A DNA stretch of 64,000 nt from Camelus ferus (GCF_009834535.1 NC_045697.1:61258001-61322000); one strand, 5' to 3'. Shown: positions 1 through 12,897, counted from the stretch's first letter. Notes: generated by a model from the letters alone, not told the origin. Numbers and translations: made by a program.

Positions 1-149
1 AGGTTAGAAAGGATGTGAATAATTCATCATTAGGCTCCTCCCCACTATCTTTAATTAGAATACTGGTAACAGAGGAGACTAACTGCACAAAAGTTTTTTG
101 TTTGTACAGACCCTGGGATTTTAATAGGTCTGTCCCTAATGCCCTGCAT

Positions 150-1455
150 CTTGCTGAACTGCTGCAGAATTCTAAGTGTTCAAATATTCACCCATTTTGT
201 TCATTCAATAACATCTGTCACTGTTGACTATACCTCCTTCTTCAAATACTTTTTTTTCAGTCTTTTATACACCTTACTTTTTCTTCCCACACCACTTGGA
301 ATTTTCCTTTGTTAGACCTCTAAATGTTGAAATGTCTCGTTGATTTTGGCCCCTTCTCTCTACAAAGTTTCATCCAGTATCCTGACTGGAAATGCTTTCT
401 GTATATGCCTGACTCCAAAACATGTATTCACCAACACATACCTTTCTCTGAGCTCTAAACTTCTGGATCTATTTGATTACTTGATATAAACACTTGTCCA
501 AAAACAGAACTCTGGATTTTCTCTCATTCAACCTATTCTTCTTCAAGGATCACCCACCTCTTCGTACATACCACAACCCAGTTGTTCAGGTGAAAATTCA
601 TGGCATAATCCTTATTTTTTTCCTCCTTCTCATATATCTTACTTTTAAACTCTCAGCAAAATGTATGGAATCACCTCTGAAATATGTTAAGAATCTGGTT
701 ACTTATCTCTTTTTATCCATATGTTGATTGGACCACCATCACTAGATCACTTCAATTCCCTCACAATCAACTTATTTGCTGTCAGATTTGGTCTACAATC
801 TGTTCTCCCTTTCTCTTTGCATCAGTCTCCAGAGTGACCATTTTAAAGCACAACCCTGATCATGTTACTCTCCTGATTAAAACATTTCAAAATCCATCAA
901 ATAAAATATAACCTGTTTCTTTATTATGTTTTTATACTCTGTCTTCAACTCCATCCTGTTTTCCTTCTGTAGAGAACAGTATTACCACTCTATCCAGATC
1001 CCTCAGATTCCTTTTAACATTTCTGTGCCCTGAAAGCACTTCTTTAATAAATTGCTGATTAACTCTCAAGGTCTGTTTCTTCAGAGTGAAACCTAAATAT
1101 ACTCTGCTTCTGTGTTCTAGCCATATAAACTTTGTTTTTATTCTTCCAATAAATCAAGGTCATTGCCATTTCTAGAGACATTATACATAATCTTCCTTCC
1201 CCCCGGGACAAGCTTTCTCCAGATCTTTGTACAGCTGATGTCTTCTCATGATTCAGATCTTAGCTCAACAGGATTTTCTTATTGAAGCCTTCCTAAATAA
1301 GTCTTGTCTAGGTACATCTTTATAAATTACCTATTTTATTATCTTAGTAGCACTAGTAAGGTATGGTGCATGTCTATTTCATTCACTGTTACTCAGAAAT
1401 TATAGCATTTACGAGAACATTCTAAACAGTCAATGGAAGTGTTTTTGAATAAATA
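150..1455 (+). mobile_element. Ancient LINE-2 (L2) 3' region, degraded
   Basis: L2-like motifs 'agacctctaaatgttg', 'gcctgactccaaaa', 'agagtgaccattttaaagcacaaccctgatcatgttactctcctgattaaaac', ending in 'ttgaataaat'. Recognised from memory of the consensus. Confidence 0.7.
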
Positions 1456-1939
1456 TTGAAATAAGGATTTCTCTAGTAGGTAAGTTTTTTTCTGCAAAAA
1501 CTCGTATTATGTTATTTAGAAAAACCCGTCTACACATGCAATATCATGTTTAAAATGTGAACCAAATATGGATCTGCAGTTAGGATATACATTTCTTGTT
1601 CTATATCCCCCAACTATTGGGTAATAATGTTAGACAGTCGACTATTAAATTACTTTAAGCCCAACATCATATGGACAACATTTTTAGACGGCTTATTCAG
1701 TTAATAGTACATTCACTTATGCATGTGTAAGAAGGGAGATTAACTTCAGGAATGGAATAAAAGAAACAGTAATAAACATTATTATATAACAACTTAAAGA
1801 GATGAGCATGCTTTCATCATGAAGAACTTGAAGCAAACATAGTACTTTCAAGTCAGGACTCTGTAGGAAGTTGGAAATATGGGTTTGATATTTGGTTAAG
1901 AAATTTTCGGCACATACAAGAATATATTTTAAAATATTT

Positions 1940-2380
1940 GCAGGTTGCACTCTGTGGGACGCGCACTCTGTGGGAAGCTCACTCTGAGAGAGAAAATTTT
2001 TAGGAAATATGCTTGGCATGGAAATCTTTGGGATGAGAGGTAAGAAAGCAAAAAAGGTCAGGAGGAGAAGTTGAGCTGCAGTGCATCCAGTGAAGGCCTC
2101 TGCTGACTCCAATAGGGAGCTTTAGAGCTGGGGTCATCCTTCAGTGTTCCTTCAAATGGAACAAGGAGCAGCCTGTACCCCTACATTGATAAATCACTGG
2201 ATTCTGAATGCCCTGGAAGGAGGTGTGGCCGTGTTAAGGCAACTCCTCAAATGACACAGTCTGCAAAGTGGGAAGATACCTGAAAAACATCTTTAGCAGC
2301 ATTCCCAATAGCTTAGGAATTAAGTCCTGCATTCTTGAAGAGAGACCTGGGTGTCATATCACAGCACCAAAACTTCCATG
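1940..2380 (-). mobile_element. Ancient ERVL-type solo LTR (LTR16/LTR33 class)
   Basis: 'ggagaagttgagctgcagtgca...aaggcctctgctgactccaatagggagctttagagctgggg' resembles this LTR class; a related copy lies at 21615-22200. Confidence 0.5.
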
Positions 2381-3175
2381 TAAAGTAACACAAGTAATGT
2401 ATAATTCTCTTAGGTAATAGTTAAATCACTTATCCTTAAACAAATAGGAAATTAAAGTCAATATTACAATATCAATGAAGTTCATACTTTTTGTTTCATC
2501 AAAGGATTTATATAGATGAAAATAGACTAACTGTGGCATATTCTAATAACTTTTTACTGATAGGCCAATGTATACAGCAAAATACCAATTGCCATGTGTA
2601 ATTTAATTTTAGAAATCTATTCCCAACAAGTTTGACCCCGTTGCTGTTCTGGAAGATAGTTTATTATTCTCTGGCTGTGACAATATTAAAATCTAAGATT
2701 TTTAGCTTCTAAGAAGAGGTACCGAACATGTTTCAAGAGAAGCTCATGAAGTCAATGACATTTATATTGCTCAGGAAAGATCTACTCAGTCACCCTGACA
2801 ATTAATCATGAAGTAAAAAGGAGGAGACATTTTTAGAGAATGAGAGGGAATATGTGAAATGGGTCAAGAAAATTGACATGCCCTTGCTTATTAGGTAAGC
2901 AGCTCTTCCTATCACCTGCTTTAGGTAAAGTTAAAAATTTTACTAGGCATAGATGTGATTTTTGTTTACTTTTTTTCATAATTATACTCATGTATCAGAA
3001 TAACTTGGTCTCCTAGTACATATCTGTGAAAGATTTTTAAGTCCTTGTCAGTATCATTGATTCAGAGCTCCAAATAAAAGAGAAGTTGACCAGCTTCTTA
3101 GTCATATCTGACCACGCTCTTTGCCTTTCAGCTCTTCATTTTTTTGAAATGTATGTTTCACTCTTCAGGAAAGTC

Positions 3176-3216
3176 TTATTTATTCTGTTAGACTCTTTAT
3201 TTATTCTGTTAGACTC
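3176..3216. repeat. Perfect tandem duplication, 21-bp period
   Basis: ttatttattctgttagactc at 3176-3195 and 3197-3216. Confidence 0.95.
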
Positions 3217-5104
3217 ACAGATGAATTCACCCCTTTCTTAAAGCTTTGTATCTCTGGTCTAATCTTTTTTAACTCTCTCATGAAAATTAATAACATATAG
3301 ATTATATGATGTATTTGATTATTATTGATAATAGTATTAACTGTCATGTATGTTTAATTCTATGTTAGACATGTCTCCTCAATTACAATATATCTTCTGC
3401 AACAGCAAAATTCACATTATCTATAATGCTTAACATGATGAATATAGGAAGCTCTATCATGGTTGATTGATAATATGATTCACTGACGCATTGAGTTTAC
3501 TCGAATTCCAAGAATAGGAAAAACTAGTTTGTTCTGAATATTTTTTTTCAGTTTCTACTTATTATAAAATTTAATCAAAGTCATTTTCCGAGTAACTCTT
3601 TCAAATTGCAGTGTTCATTTTTATTCCCCAACAATAGTATCTAGCAAAAGAGGATAAAACAGTTTTAACTCGGGAAAAAGAAATGAGAATTTTGAACTTT
3701 ATATAAATAGCAGCAAAAAATGAAAACAATATGTTTTTGTTGTAAGCTGTATCTTTGAATCATCTTATTATATTTCTTCCTATAGGCAGAATTCCCCAGG
3801 TGTTTGCTTAAACAAATAGGAAATTAAAGGAAAGGCAAATTCAATTATTCCACTCAGTAACTGAAATTAGCATGATGGAAATGTTCAGGAACAGGTATAA
3901 TTAGAAACAACAGATGTGTTTTTATATATTGAGTTGCCATGTTGTAATCACAGAAATAATCACAATGTCTAAGAAAGTCGTATCTTTTTAGATCATTACA
4001 ATTATATATGTTTACCCATTGCTGTTGATGTGAAAACAGCGGTAAAATATAGGCATTTCAGTAAATAGAGTCTTGGAGATGCTATTTTTAAAATGTTGAT
4101 ATTTTTTACAAAGTCACCTTGCTTCCTACCAGACTATATTCTTCTATGAACATTCCTTCCACCATGATATGTAGTAAGAAATCTCACAAATGTTGATTAT
4201 TACAAAATCATTCTGCCTTCCAGCCTGTTGAGTAGGTATGGGTTTGGTAAGGGGACCCTACCTTTCCATTTTGCTAAACTGCATAATATATTATCTTAAA
4301 CATTTTTATAAAAATAGTAACCGATCAAGAACACAGAGTTTTAGCCAGTGATAATCAGGTTGCTAACAACTGTACTGATCATATATACATTTGATTAAGA
4401 ATGTATTCCAAAGTGAATAATCCAACTAAATTTGAGATAAAAAGCAGCATAAGAAACAGAACACATAAGAATTAATGATTATGATATCTAAAATGCTTGA
4501 AAGTTATGGCATAGTTTCTATTCATATTTTAAATCAACATGTTTCCCACCTGTGATATTATGACTGTATTGTCACATATATTTCTATCTCAAATGGCTTC
4601 TCCCTAAAGATGGATCTTTCTCTTTAGGATACTTTAAAAACAACTAAAATTCTAACAAAATAAATTGTTAACAAAATCAAACAAGACTTGCCATTGATGA
4701 TAATGACAATTAAAGCTAAATGTTATTTCCTCCAAGCAGTGAAATAAAATACTAATTTTACCTTGATGTCTTTTAAGAAAATCTTCATCACTCTAATGTT
4801 TTGTGGTATACATTTCCCACCAAGCTGATTAATAGATGCTAGATAATAAGATTTCTTCCTCAATGCTGCTAGGATATAGGATTGAACAGAATGTACTGTC
4901 ATCCTTTCTTTTTGAATTATATTCAGAAATTTACACCTTGTTCACATTCTTCTTTTAATTACATGATTTATTATAGTCAGCCTTCTGTCAGTAAGAAGTA
5001 TTTTTTCTTAGCTTTTATCAGAAGCTTATATATTTATTCAAGTTCCTGTATCCAGAACTGCACTATAAGAAATGTAATTTTCAATTTTAAGGATTAAACT
5101 TTAA

Positions 5105-7399
5105 ATATTTTATATACTTTGGATTTTAGAACAGTTTCAGATGTATAGAAAAGTCACAAAGATAGCACAAAAGCTTCCATATTGTCCACACCCAGTTTAC
5201 CCTCTTGTCAACATCTTACATTAGTATGGCGCATTGGTCATAATTAACAAACCAATACTGATACATTATTACTAATTAAAGGCCATATGTTATTCACATT
5301 TCCTTAGTTTGTACCTAATATCCTTTTTCTGTTTCAAGATCCCATGCAGGATATCACATTACATTTTGTCATCATGTCACCTTAGGCTACTCTTGACTAT
5401 GACAATTTCTCAGACTTGCCCTATTTTTGATGACTTTGACAATTTTAAGATGTATTGTTCAGGTGTTTTTTAGAATACTCCTCAATTGGGATTTTTCTTA
5501 TAATTAGGCCTAGTGTTATGGAAGGAAGGAGGAAAACCACAGAGGTCAAATGTCATCTTCATTGCATTTTATCAAAAGTACATATTGTCAACATGACTTT
5601 TCACTGTTAATGTTAAACTTGATCACCTGAGTTAAGATAGAATTTGTCAGATTTCTCCATTGTAAAGTTACTATTTTCTTCTTTTCCATACTGTAGTCTT
5701 TGGAAGACAGTCACTCTGTGCAGCCTACCCTTACAGTGTGGGGAGGTGGGGAGTTCCACTCCACCTCCTGGAGGGTAGATTATCTACATACATTATTTGA
5801 AATTCTGCTCAGGAGATTTGTTTATTTTTCCCCATTTACTTATTCATTCAATCATTTATTCCCATCAATATGAACTCATGGATATTTATTTTATACTTCA
5901 GGTTATGATCCAATACTATTTGTGCATGTGTGTGGCTCAAATTATTTTATATTTGGCAATTGGAAGCTCTTTCATTTGGTACCAAGTCCCTTGACATCCC
6001 TCTACCATTGTTTGTGTTTTACAAGTGTTAATTTTTTTAGTGCTACCTTAATTTCAGGTACTGTAGAATGCTTCAGGCTCATCTTGTATATCCCCTGCCC
6101 CAGTAGTTATTAAATCAACTGTTCTCCAAGTACCCCTAGTTCCTTTCATTGGTAATGGTATTAGAAACCAAGGTCTGGATACTCAGTGTACTCACTGCTA
6201 TTGGGGTGTTGTTGCCTCTAGATGTTCTCAGCTGACTAAGCAAGGGAATATATATGCATATATTAGCTCATGCATGTACACGTATCTGTAATTATTTCTC
6301 TATGTAATATCTGTATTTATGCAAAGGTAAACATGAGTTCATACTGCTGTTTCCAGCTGAGTCCTTTATGTCATGGATCATTCTAGCCTCCTCTCCTTGC
6401 TGGTATGTACCCTTTCAATCTGAGAGTGAGAAGCCCTACCACCCACTATTCATTTACATAATTGCTGAATTTCAGGATACATATACAGTGGTTTCAGAAC
6501 TGTAAATCTGTACCTCTATGTAAAACAACTTTATCAACTACAGTACAGAGTTATGTATATTTTTCTAAGCTGTAAGACTAAAAGATTCCACTCACTTCCA
6601 AAGTTACACAGGTCAGCAGCTTTTGCTTCCAACCCCAATATGAGGTCGTTTCTTATATCTGTAATACAGCTATATTCTTTTGTCACAGATAGCATTCTAT
6701 TATAGGATTCATGCCCTCCATCTTATGTTTTTAACTTATGTACAATAGGATTTATTCTGAGCTGTCAAGTTCTATGAGTACCTAGGTTCATGAATTGTGC
6801 CATATGTTCACAGTTAACACTATCATACAAAGTAGTCTCACAGCCCTGAAATTCTTCTGTGTTTCACCCATTTAAACTTTCCTCACTCTAGACTCCAGAC
6901 AATCACTGATCTGTTTAAATTTTCTATAGTTTTGCCTTTTCCAGGATGTCATATAAATGGAATCACACAGTTTGTAGCATTTTCATACTGGCTTCTTTCT
7001 TTTGACCATATGCATTTAAAATTCATTCATGTCTTTGAACGGCTTGTTAATGCATTCTTTTTTAAAACTGGATATTATTCCATTGTATGACTGTATCACA
7101 GTTTGTTTATACATTTATCTGAGTGACATCTTGGTTGCTTCTAGTTTGGGGTGATTAGGAATAAAGATATTATAATCATTTGCATGCCAGTTTTTGTGTG
7201 GACATAGTTTCAAGTTGAGTAAATACACAGAAGTGCAACTGTTGGGATTGTATACTAGGGCTCTGTTTAGCTCTTTTGAAAACTGCCAAACTGTCTTCCA
7301 AAGTGAGAATGCAATTATGCATTTCTACCAGTAATGAATGGGAGTTCCTGCTGTTCTAACTCTTCAACAGTAATTGGTATTATCCGTTTATTGGATTTT
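5105..7399 (-). mobile_element. Old L1 (L1MC/L1MD-type) long 3' UTR and ORF2 end
   Basis: 'cacccagtttaccctcttgtcaacatcttacattagtatgg', 'ccaatactgatacattattact', 'ttttgccttttccaggatgtcatataaatggaatcac', 'aaactgccaaactgtcttccaaagtg'. A short continuation ('ttttagtcattcta') follows the younger L1 at ~9031. Confidence 0.85.
5814..6034 (+). repeat. Donor segment A of the local inverted duplication
   Basis: Its reverse complement matches 8405-8659 with about 9 differences in 221 bp by hand count, excluding the CA expansion. Confidence 0.95.
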
Positions 7400-7479
7400 T
7401 TTTCTATTGAAGTATATAGTGAAGACTTACAATGTTGTGTTAGTTTCTGGTGTATAGCAAAGTGATTCATATATGTGTA

Positions 7480-7522
<43 letters not shown>

Positions 7523-7874
7523 TTATTTATATATATATTTATTTCAGATCCTTTTCCCATCATAGGTTATTTTAATATTGAATATTGTTTCCTGTGCTAT
7601 ACAGTAGGCACTTGTTTTTATCCACTTTATATATAGTAGTGTCTATCTGTTAATCTCAAATTTCCAACATATCCCTATGCACTTTTCCCTTTTGGTAACC
7701 ATAAGTTTGTTTTTTTTTATGTGTGTTAGTCTATTTCTGTTTTGTAAATAAATTCGTTTTTTTAGATTCCACACATTAGTGATACCATATGATGTTTGTC
7801 TTTCTCTATTGGACTTACTTGACTTAGTATGGTAATCGCTAGGTCATCCATGTTGCTGCATATGACATTATTTC
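7400..7874 (-). mobile_element. Younger L1 (artiodactyl-type), 3'-terminal part, containing a (TG)n(TA)n tract
   Basis: Poly-T, then 'attgaagtata...ttacaatgttgtgttagtttctggtgtatagcaaagtgattca', 'cctgtgctatacagtagg', 'tagattccacac', 'tccatgttgctgca'. Paralogous to 46660-46984. Confidence 0.9.
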
Positions 7875-8407
7875 TCATTTATGAGCATATCACTTTACCA
7901 CTAAATAAGAATTATTGTTGAGAAAAATAGGATGTTATGTGATTTTTCTTCCTTTTAACGTGGTCATAGATAATCATATATCCTGGAAGTAGGGAGCATT
8001 TGTATATTCAAAATTGAGTTGAGGAGGAGAAAAAAGATGAGGATGTTAATCAGGAGAAGAAAGACATAGGCACAAAGTGTTACCAAATGCAAATAAAAAT
8101 GGGGAAGAATCACATTTGCATATAATTTTAACTGAATACTACTTATCAAATATCTAGAATGTTTTATGATTTTAAAAAGATAATAGACAAATCTAGTTAC
8201 AAAGTATAAAATCTGTTAAAACTCAAACTGTGTACAACACTTTAAAGATAAAGGACACTCAGTGCTGGCCTTGAGGATTAACCATTTTAAGTCATTCAAA
8301 CTGACAGTATACTCAACTTTGTTACTATAGGAATCCCCTTTATAGAAGGTCTGAATCTTATTCATGGAAATCTCAAGGGGAGTAAGAGTGGGCAAAACTG
8401 TAACAAA
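7871..8407 (-). repeat. Inverted copy B' of 9941-10478, inserted inside L1
   Basis: Reverse-complement alignment shows about 24 differences in 538 bp (~95.5%) by hand count. ORFs 7964..8149(-) and 10158..10385(+) give near-identical peptides. Confidence 0.97.
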
Positions 8408-8512
8408 TTACAATTATAAAACACAAACAATGGTAGAGGGATGTCAAAGGACTTGGTACCAAATGAAAGAGCTTCCAACTGCCAAATATAAAACAATTTG
8501 AGCCACACACAT

Positions 8513-8555
<43 letters not shown>

Positions 8556-8659
8556 TAGTATTGGATCATAATCTGAAGTATAAAATAAATAACCATGAGT
8601 TCATATTGATGGGAATAAATGATTGAATGAATAAGTAAATGGGGAAAATAAACAAATCT
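8405..8659 (-). repeat. Inverted copy A' of 5814-6034, inserted inside L1
   Basis: Direct reverse-complement match. ORFs 8362..8550(-) and 5922..6113(+) overlap the homologous DNA. Confidence 0.95.
8514..8553. repeat. (CA)20 microsatellite
   Basis: Perfect CA run; the donor copy has only (CA)2 at this position. Confidence 0.95.
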
Positions 8660-9024
8660 TCTTTATTCATTCATCCATCAACAGACATTTAGGTTGCTTC
8701 CATGTCTTGGCTATTGTAAACAATGCTGTTATGAATATGAACATTGGGGTATGTGTATCTTTCAAATTAGAGTGTTTTTTTCTTTTCTGGGATGTATGTC
8801 CAGGAGTGGGATTGCTGGATCATAAGGTAATTCTATTTTTAGTTTTTCAAGGAACCTCCATACTGCTCTCCATAGTGGCTGCACCAATTTCCATTCCCAC
8901 CAATAGTGTAGGTGGGTTCCGTTTTTCTCCATATCCTCTCCTGCAGTTATTATTTGTAGGCTTTTGGATGATGGCCATTTGGCCATTCTGACTAGTGTGA
9001 GGTGTTACCTCAATGTAGTCATGC
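8656..9024 (-). mobile_element. Younger L1, continuation (ORF2 C-terminal remnant) of the element at 7400-7874
   Basis: ORF 8762..8986(-) reads 'WEWKLVQPLWRAVWRFLEKLKIELPYDPAIPLLDIHP', the L1 ORF2p C-terminal motif. Candidate TSD attggatttt (7390-7399) / attgcatttt (9025-9034). Confidence 0.92.
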
Positions 9025-9940
9025 ATTGCATTTTAGTCATTCTACTGAATGAAGACACATGAGCAAAGACTAAAATTGAGATACATGGGAAGAGTTGCAC
9101 TGAATTTCCACATACTACTCAATCTCACTATTTCTCCACTTTTAGATCATATATATTGGGCACTTGGATTAGGGAAAAGGCTTGTTTAGTGTTTTAAACA
9201 ATGTTCGTTAAAGTACCTTGGGTATTATTCCCTTAAGAGAAATTGTCATTGCAGTTTTCTTCTGTGCAAGATTTGGTCATTTGCCATGTTCCTATAGCCC
9301 CTCTGTCTCTATCAGAACTCCCACATTAATCTTCCTAGAATTCCTTATTTCAGTCCCCAAAACCCATTTTCATTTTTTCCAGAGGAGTTTGGTTTCTCTT
9401 TGACCTACCATTGAGGTTCCAAGCCCTATTCAGTAGGGCTCATTTCCACAACCAAGTAAGTCCATCAGGGAAGATAATCACCCACAGGATTCTCTTCTAG
9501 AAATTCTGTAATTAACCTATTATTTAATAATGTTGTTTGGTTTTGTCTCTACCACATGCAGAATCACACGGATTTCCCTGTGGAGCACCTACTCTCCCAC
9601 CCAACTCTAGGATGATCTTGGCACATTCTGAGACTTCTCAGTCTAGAGTGAAAGTAATTTATTCTTGAGTGAGAGTGGAAAGTGCAGAGACAGAAATGGC
9701 TCGTTTAGGGGGGAAAAATGAGAACTGGCTGATCCAGAAAGGGTGGGAATACAATTTAGAATTGACCACATTTACAAATAATGACTGTTCATGATTATTA
9801 GCTAAATACTGCAGCTTCTCCAGAGAGTGCCAACATGGCTCTGAACTTTTGGTACAGAAGTATACTTTAGGAAGCATCTAGAAGAAGAGTCACAACACTT
9901 TGTATGATGGGCCCTCATATTGTCTTTGGTTCTGAAAATC

Positions 9941-10478
9941 TTTGTTACAGTTCTTCCTGCTCTTATTCCCCTTGAGATTTCCATGAATAAGATTCAGACC
10001 TTCTATAAAGGGGATTCCTATAGTAACAAAGTTGAGTATACTGTCAGTTTGAATGACTTAAAATGGCTGATCCTCAAGGCCAGCACTGAGTGTCCTTTAT
10101 CTTTAAAGTGTTGTACACAGTTTGAGTATTAACTGATTATACACTTTGTAACTAGATTTGTCTATTATCTTTTTAAAAATCATAAAACATTCTAGATATT
10201 TGATAAGTAGTATTCAGTTAAAATTATATGCAAATGTGATTCTTCCCCACTTTTATTTGCATTTGGTAACACTTTGTGCCTATGTCTTTCTTCTCCTGAT
10301 TAACATCCTCATCTTTTTTCACCTCCTTGACTCAGTTTTGAATATACAAATGCTCCCTACTTGCAGGATATATGATTATCTTTGACCACGTTAAAAGGAA
10401 GAAAAATCACATAACATCCTATTTTTCTCAACAATAATCCTTATTTAATGGTGAAGTGACATGCTTATAAATGAGAAA
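9941..10478 (+). repeat. Donor segment B of the local inverted duplication (unique-looking sequence)
   Basis: Reverse complement of 7871-8407. Confidence 0.97.
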
Positions 10479-11260
10479 AATTTCAAGTATGATAACTTCA
10501 TACAGACTTTGCTTTTCCTTTGTTAATCATTCAATTCTGTCATCTTGACACCACTAAAGTTTTTTATCTTTAGAACCTAATTACCAAGGTCAATTTCTAA
10601 CAATTCCTTTATTCAGTGTCTATGAAAAAAAAGAACCATTTGAGTTGAAGCTCTGATTAAAAATGAAAGAGTCATGTAAATTGAACAAGTGACATTCTTT
10701 TCAAGGCTTATAATTCATTTTTATTAGTAGAAATTGTGTTTCATATAATTAATATGAAGTTTTTACTGGGCTTAAAAAGAAAAAGAAAGTTTGTTAGTTA
10801 TGATGCAGAAGAAATACATATTTATATTTGGCAAGGATTAATAGCTTCTAAATTCCAAATTTGTTTAAATGTCAGTATGTCTTCAAAATCCTAGACTAAA
10901 TTAGAGCTTTTGTGAAATTTTGCAGAAATTCAGACTTTCTGGGTGACTTATTTTCCATCTCTCCAGTCACTTACCCTTCATTCTCAATTGAAAAGTATTT
11001 TCTACTTAGTCTTAGTTTACTGAAGGTCAAATTACAGATTCTCAGTTTTTTTTTAAATTAAATGCTTGACAAGTGTCATGTAAATTTTATGTAAGGTTCA
11101 TTCTCATGTCATGTAAGAAAATTTATGCTTGTGAAGAGCCTTAAAATTCTTCAAGCTCTGGAAGTAAAATATGTGTATTGTTAACTTCATAGGCATATAT
11201 TGAAGACAAGAAGACAATGCATAGGTGGTAGTTGTTGCTTTTACTTGTTCATATTAGGTC

Positions 11261-12001
11261 TTTTTTATTGAGGTATAATGACATAACATTATATTAGTTT
11301 CAGATGTGCAATGTAATGACTTAATATATGTACATACTGCAAAATGGACACTACAATAAGTCCAGTTAACATCCATCACCACACATAGTTACAATTTTTT
11401 TTCTTATAATGAGAACTTCAAAGGTCCACTATCCTAGCTTCTTTCAAATGTGTAATACAGCATCATTAACTATGGTCACCATGCTGCACATCACATCCCC
11501 ATGACTTACTCATTTCCTAACTTGAAATTTGTACCTTTTGACCCACTTAACCCATCTTGCCCACTTTCCATTCTCTTCTCCTGGCAATTACCAATCTGTT
11601 CTCTATATCCATGAGCTCAGTTGGGTTTTGTGTGTTTTATTTTGTTTTGTTTTTAGATTCCACATATAAGTAAGATCATATCGTGTTTATCTTTTGCTGT
11701 CTGACTTATTTTACTGAACATAATGCCCTCAAGTTCCATCCATGTTGTTGCAAACGGCAAGATTTCATTCTTTGTTACATCTGAATAACATCCCATTGTA
11801 TACATATATAGGTTGTTTCCATATGTTTTCTATTTTAAATAATGCTGCAATGAACATGAGGCTGCGTTAATCTTTTCAAATCAGTGGTTTCATTTTTTTT
11901 GGGGGGGTGGAATACCCAGAAGTGGAATTGCTAGATCAGATAGTTTCAATTTTCTGAGAAACCTCCATATTGTTTTCCATAGTGGCTGCACCAATGTACA
12001 T
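11261..12001 (-). mobile_element. L1 3' end (L1MA8-10-like), 5'-truncated
   Basis: Poly-T, then 'attgaggtataatgacataac', 'gttaacatccatcaccacacatagttac', 'tagattccacatataag', 'cccagaagtggaattgctagatca', 'ttccatagtggctgcaccaat'. Confidence 0.88.
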
Positions 12002-12897
12002 GGGGGTTAGAGCTTCACATATGCATTTGAGAGCGATACAAATATTCCATCTATAAGAGACAACTTTAAGAGAGGAATCCTGATACTGGAAGCCTTGATT
12101 GGTGAAGGAGGGAGAGCGGGTTGACAAACAGGAAATACGGAAAGGGATCCTTTGGGATTATCCCAAGTTATAAGGCAATACTGTCACAAGTAACGCAGTC
12201 TCATGATATTACAGAAGGAGAAAAGGATAAATTTGTTAATATATTAAACATGATAGTCCATAAAACAGCTATGTTAATTGTGAAACACAAGTCATAGTTC
12301 AATTTGTTCAACGACAATGCAAAAATTCAAAAATTTAGCAAAACAGAAAGAAAATAAAAAGAAACTATGAGTGGCGTATTATTGCAGAATATACTGATAA
12401 AGCTTCAAATTGTGTTCATGTAGGCAATTTTTTCTGATGTGGCCACCTAAAGAACCCACTAAAAATTGCCCACATTACTAAAAGATGAAGTTTATCCGAC
12501 TTTGTGTTAAGAACAGGGAATAAAAACTTTCCCCACTAGACTTAGTCATTCTGATATTGGGTCTATGTCCTGTTTTTAAATAAATACACTACCAACTGTT
12601 GAGAATTAATGCTGATGGAAATGCTCATTTCATTAGAAATTTCAGGGATTAAGGGCCTCTAAATAACGTGATTCATTGTATTTTTTGACCAAAAGACTGA
12701 TTCTCATTATGTAAGGAGGTCAATAGATCGCCTCACTCCTACCCTTACTCCCTGCTAGAGGAGTAGATCACATTAGTCCTGGTCATACCCCTCTATTCCA
12801 AATGACAGCCTTCTCTCATGTTGCTTCCTATGACTGAAATGCACTTCTTCCTTGCTTGCCTTTGCTGGGCTAAGTCCTACTCATTTAAGTTATTACT

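Noticed and set aside
8707..8991. ORFs here and at 29573-29891 and 55659-55889 as genes
   Set aside because: They are L1 ORF2 C-terminal remnants or their antisense frames.
6035..9940. The B'-A' junction as a spliced-out intron, making the insertion a retrocopy of a local transcript
   Set aside because: There is no GT...AG at the junction on either strand and no poly(A) or TSD around the insertion; the junction shows microhomology instead.
7964..10385. Near-identical ORF pair (7964..8149 minus, 10158..10385 plus) suggesting a duplicated small gene
   Set aside because: The similarity is fully explained by the inverted duplication. Both have non-ATG starts, an indel truncates one, and there is no recognisable domain.
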